From contig JAAKFQ010000003.1 of the NCBI GenBank assembly GCA_011064725.1, forward strand, positions 1 through 61,315: DNA of 61,315 bases. Direction: 5' to 3'. The stretch comes from Chlamydiota bacterium (GTDB taxonomy: Bacteria; Chlamydiota; Chlamydiia; Chlamydiales; JAAKFQ01). The translations under genes and the position numbers were made by a program. Shown one piece after another: positions 46,088-53,945 of this stretch. Each line of letters starts with the position of its first letter. Position 1 is the stretch's first letter. The notes under the pieces were generated by a model. That model was not told the origin of the DNA. It saw nothing but the letters and a program-made list of their open reading frames with translations, and did no database searches.

Positions 46088-47554
46088 TTAAAAATCCAAA
46101 ATGATTTCTGGATATAGAGGATGCTTTGTTAAAAGCTCTTTTATTTCTGCATGCACTTTTTCTTTTATGCGTGCATCTGTTTCAAATTTTGCTTTAGATT
46201 TTTCTACAGGTTTTGTGTTTTTTAAAACTTCATACATCAGTCTTGCAATATGCGCCATTTCAATTTCTTTCATGCCCAGAGTGGTTAGAGCAGGTGTGCC
46301 GATACGTATTCCTGAGGTATACCAGGCGCCATTAGGATCGAGTGGGATCACATTACGATTCACTGTGATGTGTGCATCTAAAAGAGCCAATTCTGTTTGA
46401 CGTCCTGTCAAACCAAAAGAGCGTATACAATCAATCACAAGCAAATGATTATCCGTTCCGTCCGTGAGCACATGCATACCAAGCTCTCTACAAGTTTCCG
46501 CTAGAATTTTGGCATTTTTGACAATCTGATGTGCATAGGTTTCAAATTCAGGTTGCAGAGCTTCTTCAAAGGCCACAAGTTTTGCTGCCATGACGTGCGG
46601 CAGGGGGCCTCCCAAAACCATTGGACACCCTCGATCTACATAGGGCTTAAATTCTTCTGTGCAAAGCACAATCCCGCCTCTTGGCCCTCTGAGTGTTTTG
46701 TGTGTGGTCGATGTCACAATATCGGCAAAAGGAATCGGGTTATACTCCCCTTGCATCACTTTGCCTGCAACAAGCCCTGCAAAATGGGCCATGTCTACCA
46801 TAAAAACAGCTCCCACTGTATCTGCAATCTCTTTCATTTTCGCAAAGTTAATCAAACGTGGATATGCTGAATATCCTGCAATTAATATGAGCGGTTTTTC
46901 TCGTTTGACTTGTTCTTCTAGTGCTTTATAATCCATCAAACCTGTTGTAAAATCGACTTCATAGCTGACTGATTCAAATAATTTTGAAGAAATGTTGTGC
47001 CGATATCCGTGTGTTAGATGACCTCCGCTCCCAAGTCCCATTCCCATCATTTTTTGTCCCACCATCTGTTTGCGCAACACTTCATGTTCATTTGGGCTTA
47101 AAAGATCTAATTTTGTCTTCAATTTTTCTAACTCTTTATCTTGCACGCGGGCAAAAAGAATGGCTAAAAAAGCGACAAGATTGGCATCACAACCAGAGTG
47201 CGGTTGGACATATGCATGATAGCAACCAAACAATTTTTTTAACGCATCGATCGCGCCTTGTTCAATCAAATCGATCTGTTCACAACCTGCGTAAAAACGG
47301 TGATGTGGATAGCCTTCGGCATATTTATCTGTCAGCCAATTTCCCATGGCAAGCTGCACTGCAGAAGAACAATAATTTTCAGAAGCGATGAGTTTAAGAT
47401 CCCGTCTTTGTTTTTTCAGTTCATTGATGATTTGGGCTGCGACATGGGGATGCGTTTGCAAAAGATGGTCCAATGCTGCTAGATGCGCAATTGTACTAGA
47501 ACTCTTTTCGTTTATCTCTGAATCCAAATAATGTTTTAAAAGACTTGCTGGCAT
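46088..47554 (-). CDS. glyA: serine hydroxymethyltransferase
   Basis: PLP-Lys block TTHKTLRGPRGG, YAEGYP..R.Y.GC. Long (488 aa) chlamydia-like form. Confidence 0.9.
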   Translation of the reverse strand: MPASLLKHYLDSEINEKSSSTIAHLAALDHLLQTHPHVAAQIINELKKQRRDLKLIASENYCSSAVQLAMGNWLTDKYAEGYPHHRFYAGCEQIDLIEQGAIDALKKLFGCYHAYVQPHSGCDANLVAFLAILFARVQDKELEKLKTKLDLLSPNEHEVLRKQMVGQKMMGMGLGSGGHLTHGYRHNISSKLFESVSYEVDFTTGLMDYKALEEQVKREKPLILIAGYSAYPRLINFAKMKEIADTVGAVFMVDMAHFAGLVAGKVMQGEYNPIPFADIVTSTTHKTLRGPRGGIVLCTEEFKPYVDRGCPMVLGGPLPHVMAAKLVAFEEALQPEFETYAHQIVKNAKILAETCRELGMHVLTDGTDNHLLVIDCIRSFGLTGRQTELALLDAHITVNRNVIPLDPNGAWYTSGIRIGTPALTTLGMKEIEMAHIARLMYEVLKNTKPVEKSKAKFETDARIKEKVHAEIKELLTKHPLYPEIILDF

Positions 47555-47597
47555 AATCCTATAATAACGAAAGATAAAAATTTATGCATCGAAATTC

Positions 47598-47626
47598 TTG
47601 ATTTCTAAAGATCTCTCGTATAGAAT
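47598..47626 (+). promoter_or_regulatory. candidate sigma-70/66 promoter of the zinc-ribbon gene
   Basis: TTGATT (47598-47603), 17-nt spacer, TAGAAT (47621-47626). The track's TTG start at 47598 is the -35 hexamer itself. Confidence 0.45.
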
Positions 47627-47651
47627 AGGTTCAACTAAAAAAAGGTTGGTT

Positions 47652-48422
47652 ATGCTAAAGACATTCAAAGAAATTCTTGAAGTTCAAGAGCTGGATATGA
47701 AAATGATCCGTCTTTTAAGACTTCGAAATGAAAGACAAAAAGAGTTGAGCTCCTTAAATAAACTGCGACAAGATTTAGAAAATCAAGCAGAAGAAAAGCG
47801 TCAAGAAATCACTTCTCTAGAAAAAGAAGTGGAAGGTTTTGAGCAAAAAATCGAGCTTTTAAAAGAGCGTTTAAAACAGCTAGATCAGCAACAAAGTATC
47901 ATTAAAAAAGTTGATGAATTCAATGCGCTTACCCAAGAAATGTCTCATCTAGATAAAGAGCGCACCCAAAAAGAACAACACGTATCTGATTTGACCGATA
48001 GAATGAATATGGAAAAAGAAGTCTTAGAAAAAATTGAACAAAGCTTAAAAGAATCTTATGAATCTTCTAAAGAAATTGAAAAAGAAATTTTTAAAAGCAT
48101 CGATCAAATCAATAAAGAAGGCAAAGAGCTCAAAGATCAAAGGGATGTGATTGCACAAAAAGCCGACACAGAATTTTTATCCATTTACAACAAACTCCTT
48201 GCAAATAAACGCGATCGTGTTGTGGTACCAATTGAAAACCGAACTTGTTCTGGATGCCACATTACGCTCACTCCCCAGCACGAAAACCTTGTACGCAAGC
48301 AAGAAAAGCTCGCTTTTTGTGAACACTGCTCCAGAATCCATTATTGGCAAGAGCAGGAATCAAAAGAAGAGGGCGAACCTACAACAAAACGCCGTCGTAG
48401 AAGAGCTGCTATCATAAAATAA
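47652..48422 (+). CDS. coiled-coil / C4 zinc-ribbon protein (DUF164; chlamydial CT398/CdsZ-like, HP0958-like)
   Basis: Long coiled coil followed by CSGCHITL....CEHCSRI. Basic tail KRRRRRAA. ATG 47652 lies downstream of the promoter. Confidence 0.7.
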   Translation: MLKTFKEILEVQELDMKMIRLLRLRNERQKELSSLNKLRQDLENQAEEKRQEITSLEKEVEGFEQKIELLKERLKQLDQQQSIIKKVDEFNALTQEMSHLDKERTQKEQHVSDLTDRMNMEKEVLEKIEQSLKESYESSKEIEKEIFKSIDQINKEGKELKDQRDVIAQKADTEFLSIYNKLLANKRDRVVVPIENRTCSGCHITLTPQHENLVRKQEKLAFCEHCSRIHYWQEQESKEEGEPTTKRRRRRAAIIK

Positions 48423-48444
48423 CCCTGTGTGTTATTCTTCTATC

Positions 48445-48766
48445 CAGGAAAAGCGGGCAATCGCCACAAAATCGTGGAGGAAAGTCTGGACTTTATAAGA
48501 CAAGGATACCAGCGAAAGGCTGGGGGCCGAGAGGCTACGGAAAGTGTCACAGAAACTATGTCTGCTTTTAACCTTTTGGTTTCTAGCAGAGTGAAAAGGC
48601 GAAAGCACTCAAAGGGTAACTTTTGAGCTTGATAAACCCTATCCGAAGCAAGTTGAAAAATGCAAAGTCGTAAGAGCATTTTTCAATCAAACGCTTGAGC
48701 TTTGTGGCGACACAAAGCCTAGAGGAATGATTGCCAACACAGAATCCAGCTTACCGCTTTTCCCTT
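48445..48766 (+). ncRNA. rnpB: RNase P RNA (bacterial type A)
   Basis: Conserved GGAGGAAAGTCTGGAC (48477-48492), GTGTCACAGAAAC, ACAGAATCCAGCTTAC. P1 ggaaaagcgg (48447-48456) pairs with ccgcttttcc (48754-48763). P2 gcaatc pairs with gattgc. Confidence 0.85.
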
Positions 48767-48842
48767 TTCAAGGATGTATTTTAGAGTTTGGGTTAGAGAT
48801 CTTGCAGTGCCTTTTAAGCCCTTTTTCATTTTTATCAAAAAG

Positions 48843-48867
48843 TCAACCACTCTGTGGTTTATCTTTT
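48843..48867 (+). repeat. 25-bp direct repeat copy 1 containing the palindrome AACCAC-TCT-GTGGTT
   Basis: tcaaccactctgtggtttatctttt, identical to 48993-49017. Confidence 0.8.
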
Positions 48868-48992
48868 CTCTAAAAAGGAAAAATATCATTAAAATTCACC
48901 GCAATCTCAACTCACCCAACCACTAAAACACATCCCAGAACGCCCAGATACGATAAGAATGAAAGTTGTCAATAACAGGCTTAAAATATAAA

Positions 48993-49017
48993 TCAACCAC
49001 TCTGTGGTTTATCTTTT
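48993..49017 (+). repeat. 25-bp direct repeat copy 2 containing the palindrome AACCAC-TCT-GTGGTT
   Basis: Identical 25-mer 150 bp downstream of copy 1 and ~70 bp upstream of the pmp-like start. Confidence 0.8.
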
Positions 49018-49085
49018 TTATCAAATGCTGGTAGATTTTCTTAATTTTTTTTACAAGTAACTAAATATTTTATACTATGTAGAAT

Positions 49086-52000
49086 ATGCAACGCATTTTA
49101 GCTATTTGTCTTTTTGGGATGAGTCTATTTGCAACTCCTGCAACTGTGACGTTAAATATTGACTCTCTTGCTTTTGGCACGTTGCGAACCGTGATTACAA
49201 CGTTAAATAGCGGATCAAGCCCACCTAATAACATAACTTTTACTATTACACCAACTACAATTACACTTACAATGTCTCCTGGTCTTCCCTTACCTACCTG
49301 GCCAGGCACATGGACCATCGATGGTTTCAATGGTGGTAGCACAGTAACTGTGGATGGTTCTGGTGTTTTTCAGATATTTGGAGGCGCGATAACACCTGTT
49401 ATCACATTTGATTTGCAAAACATCAATTTTTCAAATGCAAATGTTGCCGTTAATGGAAGTGTTTTTCATTCACTCGGTCCTGTCCTTACGTCCAACACAG
49501 CCTTTAACACTTGTATAGCAGGAAATGATGGCGGAGCGATTTATGGAACCAATACCATCACCCTAAATAACACAAATAGTTTCACCAGCTGCACAGCCAC
49601 AGCTGGAGATGGCGGGGCGATTTATGGAACTTCCACAATCACCCTAACTACCCCTGGCATGCATAGTTTCACAAATTGCCAAGCCACAGCTGGAGATGGC
49701 GGAGCGATTTATGGCGTTGGCGCTATTCAAATTTCCAATGGAACCTTTAACATTTGTACAGCAGGAACTAATGGCGGAGCGATTTGGGGACAAGATGCTG
49801 TCGATGTTGCCGACACAAACTTTGACACTTGTGTAGCAGGAACTAATGGCGGAGCAATTTGGGGACAAGGTACTATCACACATGCTACTGGTGGAACCTT
49901 TCGCAATTGTACAGCAGGAACTCATGGCGGAGCGATTTATGGTAGTGGCGCATCAGCTGACATTCTCCTAGATGGTACGAATACTTTCACAAATTGCACA
50001 GCCACAACTGGAGATGGCGGGGCGATTCGTGGTGGTAGTACTGTTTTTGTTGGCGGTGCAACCTTCGGCGATGCAATCTTGGGCGGTTGTACAGCAGGAA
50101 CTAATGGCGGAGCAATTCGAGGAATAGGTGCCATCACGCTTTTTGATGGAGGAACCTTTAACACTTGTACAGCAGGAACTGATGGCGGAGCGATTTATGG
50201 AAATAATATCATCAACCTAAATGGAATTAGCGCGTATAGCTTCACAAATTGCCAAGCAACAGCCGGAAATGGCGGGGCGATTTGGGGAAATAATACCATT
50301 ACCCTAAATGGCACTGGCACGAATAGTTTCTCTAGTTGTCAATCTACAAATGGGAATGGCGGAGCGATTTATGGAAGTAATGCTATCTCTGTTTCCAATG
50401 GAGACTTTAACACTTGCGCAGCAGTTAATGATGGCGGAGCGATTTTGGGCCTTAATACCATTACTCTAACTAGCACTAGCACGAATAGTTTTACAGATTG
50501 CACAAGCACAAATGGAAATGGCGGGGCGATTTGGGGGAATAATACCATTACCCTAAATGGCACTGGCACGAATAGTTTCTCAGGTTGCCAAGCATCTGAT
50601 AGCGGCGGAGCGATTTTTGGAAATGATGTTATCTTACTCTCTAATGGTGGCACCTTCAATATTTGCACAGCAGGAAGTAGTGGCGGAGCAATTTGGGGAG
50701 CCAATACTATCACCCTGAATGGCACGAATGGTTTCTCAGGTTGCCAAGCATCTGATAGCGGCGGAGCGATTTTTGGATCAACAGATGCAATCTCTGTTTC
50801 CGATGGAACCTTTAGCACTTGCATAGCAGGAATTAATGGCGGAGCGATTTTGGGCTTTAATACCATCACACTAACTGGCACGAATAGTTTCACGGGTTGC
50901 ACAGCTTCACTTGGATTTGGCGGGGCCATTTTTGGAAGTGATGTTATTTCAGTTTCCAACGGGACCTTCAACACTTGTCAAGCTACAATTGGAAATGGTG
51001 GTGCAATTTATGGCGAAAATATTATCACTCTAACTAACACAAATAGTTTTGATACTTGTTCTGCACAAAAAGGTGGAGCAATTTTTGGTAGCAGCACCAT
51101 CACCATCCCTGGCGGAAGTTTTGCGAATTGTTCTGCTACTCAAGATGGGGGCGCCATTTATCTCGCTTCAACTGGAACTTTGTCCATGCTTGGCCCTGTT
51201 TCTTTTTCCGGTAATACGGCGACAAGAGGTAACGAGATCTTCATGGAATCTGGATCCAGTATTATTTTTGACACCACAGCTAATATCGAGATTCCAAGTG
51301 GAATCGAAAGTGAGCAGGGAGCAATGGTTGGCGGTGGATTAATCAAACGCAACACAGGTAAATTAACTTTAAACGGCGCTAATACCTACACGGGAGACAC
51401 AACTATAGAAAAAGATGAGTTACATCTTGATGGTTCACTTGTGACACATGTCAATGTACAGCAAGAGGGCACTTTGAGTGGAAACATTGTGATTTATAAC
51501 GGAGATTTAATCAATGATGGGTCTATTTTACCAGGGAATGGAAGCATTGGAGAAATACGTCTTAAACATGGAAAATTTGTACAAAGCAGCACAGGCACCC
51601 TAGAAGTTGACATCACTCCAACAGGCAATGATTCGGATAAAATTTATGTTGAAATAAGCTTGGCGTCTTCTTATGATGGCACGCTTCTTGTTGATCTCGA
51701 TCCGGGAAACTATATTAATGGAACCCTTTATACTGTCATCGATGGAGAAGTTGCTTTTGATGTTGCACAAGCAAATGCTAATCTTGTAAAAACAGGTCCC
51801 TTTGCAGATCTTGTGAATATTGAAGTGATTAAAGGCAGTCTGCAACTTATTATACAAACCACTATATTATTTCCTTGTGGAAATGCAAGCCCTGGAAATC
51901 CACAAACAATGGTCGAGGCGATCAAACACTTGAATCTTCCGCCAAATACAACCCTATCTCAGGTTGTAGAAGCTCTGGGTGTATTAGACTGTTCAAATCC

Positions 52001-52970
52001 AACACAGCTAAATAAAATCTTAAATCAAATGACCGCTGCAAATTATGCGAATCTTGAATGGATGACACTTATCTCAGATACACAAATAAGCTCAGCTCTT
52101 TCTAACCATGTCTATTCTCAAGAATGTAAAAATACTAAGTGTGGATGTAAAAAGGGAAGTTTCTTTGCAATAGGTCTTGGAAACTTTCAAGATACCAACT
52201 CTTTTGATTGGCTCTCTGGTTATGACTCTATCACAGGCGGTGGTCTTATTGGCTTTGATGTGTGCTCAGATCATGTTCATGTAGGCTTTGGTGGTGGCTA
52301 CACATACACAGATTTTAATATTAAAGACGATGCTGGATTTGGAGATGTTAAATCTGGATTTGGCGCCCTTTATACAAGTTTTGTTTCCAACTATTTTATT
52401 GCTAATGCCTCTGTCATCGCAGGTGGAAAACATTTTGACATGAATCGTAAGGTCGCTTTTTTATCAATCAATGAAGTGGCTAACTCTAAGTTTAATTCTC
52501 CTTTTGCAAACGCACATTTAGGATTGATGATACAAGCAAACATGCACGATTTTCGCCTAGAACTTTTTGGAAATGCAGACTATCACTACTGGTACAGAGA
52601 AAAACTTGCAGAAACAGGCTCAGCGATCAATCTTGTGATCACAAAGCATCATTCACATTTTATAAAAACAGAACTTGGCACAAATCTAAACGCTATTTTG
52701 CATTATCAAAACAAATGTTTTGTGCCCTTTGTTGGAGTCAGCGTGGTAAAAATCGTTCCCCTTGGAAAAACCAATTACAATGCACGCTTTGAATTTGATG
52801 ACTTTTGCATGTTTACTTTAACATCCAACTCTACGCAAGAGCTTGTTGCACCAAGATGCGGTCTTCGCATCCACACTAATTCATTTAGCTTTACAATTGA
52901 TTATAAAGGCGAGTTCAACAAAACCTTTAGAAATCATCAAGTAAGCGGCCGTTTAGAATGGGCCTTTTAA
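49086..52970 (+). CDS. polymorphic-membrane-protein (Pmp)-like autotransporter
   Basis: Signal peptide MQRILAICLFGMSLFATPA. 21 GGAI motifs, each preceded by an F-x-x-C tetrapeptide (nt ~49500-51160). C-terminal ~300-aa beta-barrel-like domain ending ..RLEWAF. Confidence 0.85.
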   Translation: MQRILAICLFGMSLFATPATVTLNIDSLAFGTLRTVITTLNSGSSPPNNITFTITPTTITLTMSPGLPLPTWPGTWTIDGFNGGSTVTVDGSGVFQIFGGAITPVITFDLQNINFSNANVAVNGSVFHSLGPVLTSNTAFNTCIAGNDGGAIYGTNTITLNNTNSFTSCTATAGDGGAIYGTSTITLTTPGMHSFTNCQATAGDGGAIYGVGAIQISNGTFNICTAGTNGGAIWGQDAVDVADTNFDTCVAGTNGGAIWGQGTITHATGGTFRNCTAGTHGGAIYGSGASADILLDGTNTFTNCTATTGDGGAIRGGSTVFVGGATFGDAILGGCTAGTNGGAIRGIGAITLFDGGTFNTCTAGTDGGAIYGNNIINLNGISAYSFTNCQATAGNGGAIWGNNTITLNGTGTNSFSSCQSTNGNGGAIYGSNAISVSNGDFNTCAAVNDGGAILGLNTITLTSTSTNSFTDCTSTNGNGGAIWGNNTITLNGTGTNSFSGCQASDSGGAIFGNDVILLSNGGTFNICTAGSSGGAIWGANTITLNGTNGFSGCQASDSGGAIFGSTDAISVSDGTFSTCIAGINGGAILGFNTITLTGTNSFTGCTASLGFGGAIFGSDVISVSNGTFNTCQATIGNGGAIYGENIITLTNTNSFDTCSAQKGGAIFGSSTITIPGGSFANCSATQDGGAIYLASTGTLSMLGPVSFSGNTATRGNEIFMESGSSIIFDTTANIEIPSGIESEQGAMVGGGLIKRNTGKLTLNGANTYTGDTTIEKDELHLDGSLVTHVNVQQEGTLSGNIVIYNGDLINDGSILPGNGSIGEIRLKHGKFVQSSTGTLEVDITPTGNDSDKIYVEISLASSYDGTLLVDLDPGNYINGTLYTVIDGEVAFDVAQANANLVKTGPFADLVNIEVIKGSLQLIIQTTILFPCGNASPGNPQTMVEAIKHLNLPPNTTLSQVVEALGVLDCSNPTQLNKILNQMTAANYANLEWMTLISDTQISSALSNHVYSQECKNTKCGCKKGSFFAIGLGNFQDTNSFDWLSGYDSITGGGLIGFDVCSDHVHVGFGGGYTYTDFNIKDDAGFGDVKSGFGALYTSFVSNYFIANASVIAGGKHFDMNRKVAFLSINEVANSKFNSPFANAHLGLMIQANMHDFRLELFGNADYHYWYREKLAETGSAINLVITKHHSHFIKTELGTNLNAILHYQNKCFVPFVGVSVVKIVPLGKTNYNARFEFDDFCMFTLTSNSTQELVAPRCGLRIHTNSFSFTIDYKGEFNKTFRNHQVSGRLEWAF

Positions 52971-52976
52971 CTGATT

Positions 52977-53897
52977 TTATTCAGTTAATGATTGTATCGC
53001 CCTAGGATGCGCCTTATCATAGGTCTCTTTTTTTAAACGCGGTGACACGTGAGTATAGATGGTTGTTGTGGAAAGTGAGCTGTGGCCAAGCAGTATAGAT
53101 ATCGTTTTTAAATCCATTCCATTCTCTAACCAATGCGTCGCGATTGTATGACGAATAGTATGTGGTGTAACACTAAGCCCAAGACCTGCTTTCAATAAAT
53201 ATTTTCTAAATGAACGCTCTGAAGAACGTGTGGTGATGCGCATGCCATCGCGATTTAAGAAAATCGCTTTTGCATCCTTTTGCTTTTTGTGCTTTTTGCT
53301 ATCCGATATACGATCTAGGTGATAAAGATATTTTTCTATCCAATTTGTAGCATTTTTAGTGATGGGTACAAGGCGCTCTTTTCTGCCTTTTCCTCGAACA
53401 CGACAAAGACGTTTTTTTAGATCGACATCTTCGCGATTAAGCTGCACGAGTTCTGAAATACGCAATCCTGATGAATAGAGCACCTCCATCATCACACGGT
53501 CACGCAAGCCCAAGTATTGCTTGGTGTTGGGCTGATCTAACAGCAACTCTACTTGAGTGTAATCTAATGTTGTGGGGATGTGTTTTTTTACCTTAGGACT
53601 TTCAATTTCATCCATAGGATTGTGTGTGATCTCTTTTTGTTTTTGCAAATAACGAAAAAAAGAACGCAAAGAAGCCAGTTTTCTTAAAACAGTCGCCCTT
53701 TGTTTTTTTTCTTTTGCAAGCACAAGTAAAAAATTGCGGATGTAATTTTCGTTGAGAACAAAAATGGGAGAATCAGGTTTTGCATTTTTTAAAAAATATT
53801 TGAGATCAAGATGGTAATTTCTCAGCGTATGCACAGATGCATTTTTCACGTTTTCTAAATAGTTAAAATACTTTTTTAAAGCATCTTGAATTTGCAA
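52977..53897 (-). CDS. tyrosine site-specific recombinase (XerC/XerD family)
   Basis: N-terminal SAM-like domain (HTLRNYHLDLKYF). Catalytic region GLRISEL ... HTIRHTIATH ... LGHSSLSTTTIYTHV. TTG start. Confidence 0.85.
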   Translation of the reverse strand: MQIQDALKKYFNYLENVKNASVHTLRNYHLDLKYFLKNAKPDSPIFVLNENYIRNFLLVLAKEKKQRATVLRKLASLRSFFRYLQKQKEITHNPMDEIESPKVKKHIPTTLDYTQVELLLDQPNTKQYLGLRDRVMMEVLYSSGLRISELVQLNREDVDLKKRLCRVRGKGRKERLVPITKNATNWIEKYLYHLDRISDSKKHKKQKDAKAIFLNRDGMRITTRSSERSFRKYLLKAGLGLSVTPHTIRHTIATHWLENGMDLKTISILLGHSSLSTTTIYTHVSPRLKKETYDKAHPRAIQSLTE

Positions 53898-53945
53898 CTT
53901 TTATCTCGTGTGTTATAATAGCTCCAACTTCAATATACGTTAAAC

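Noticed and set aside
48429-48679. ORFs 48429-48626 (+) and 48440-48679 (-)
   Set aside because: The region is the RNase P RNA, with conserved GGAGGAAAGTC and ACAGAATCCAGCTTAC blocks and P1/P2 pairing. The ORFs are fortuitous.
49644-50974. Minus-strand ORFs of 75-201 aa inside the pmp-like gene (49644-49925, 49937-50164, 50369-50974) with repeated ..IAPP.. peptides
   Set aside because: They are the reverse-complement reading of the repeated GGCGGAGCGATT (GGAI) codons. They have no RBS, lie fully inside a strongly supported plus-strand gene, and their periodicity mirrors the sense repeats.
52967-52988. 8-bp inverted repeat ttaactga-N6-tcagttaa spanning both stop codons of the convergent pmp-like and xer genes; its aactga core resembles the family B terminus
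   Set aside because: The stem is short and AT-rich, with no flanking T-run of note. Similarity to the B TIR is limited to 7 nt, so it is probably chance or at most a weak bidirectional terminator.
8930-53897. The T3SS region as a horizontally acquired island bounded by tRNA-Gly and a tyrosine recombinase
   Set aside because: Housekeeping genes (tig-clpP-clpX, der, ald-dapF-clpP-glyA, rnpB) are interspersed. Composition looks uniform by eye. The gene order matches the ancestral chlamydial T3SS locus. The recombinase looks like chromosomal XerC/XerD rather than a phage integrase, and no att-like tRNA 3' duplication was seen.
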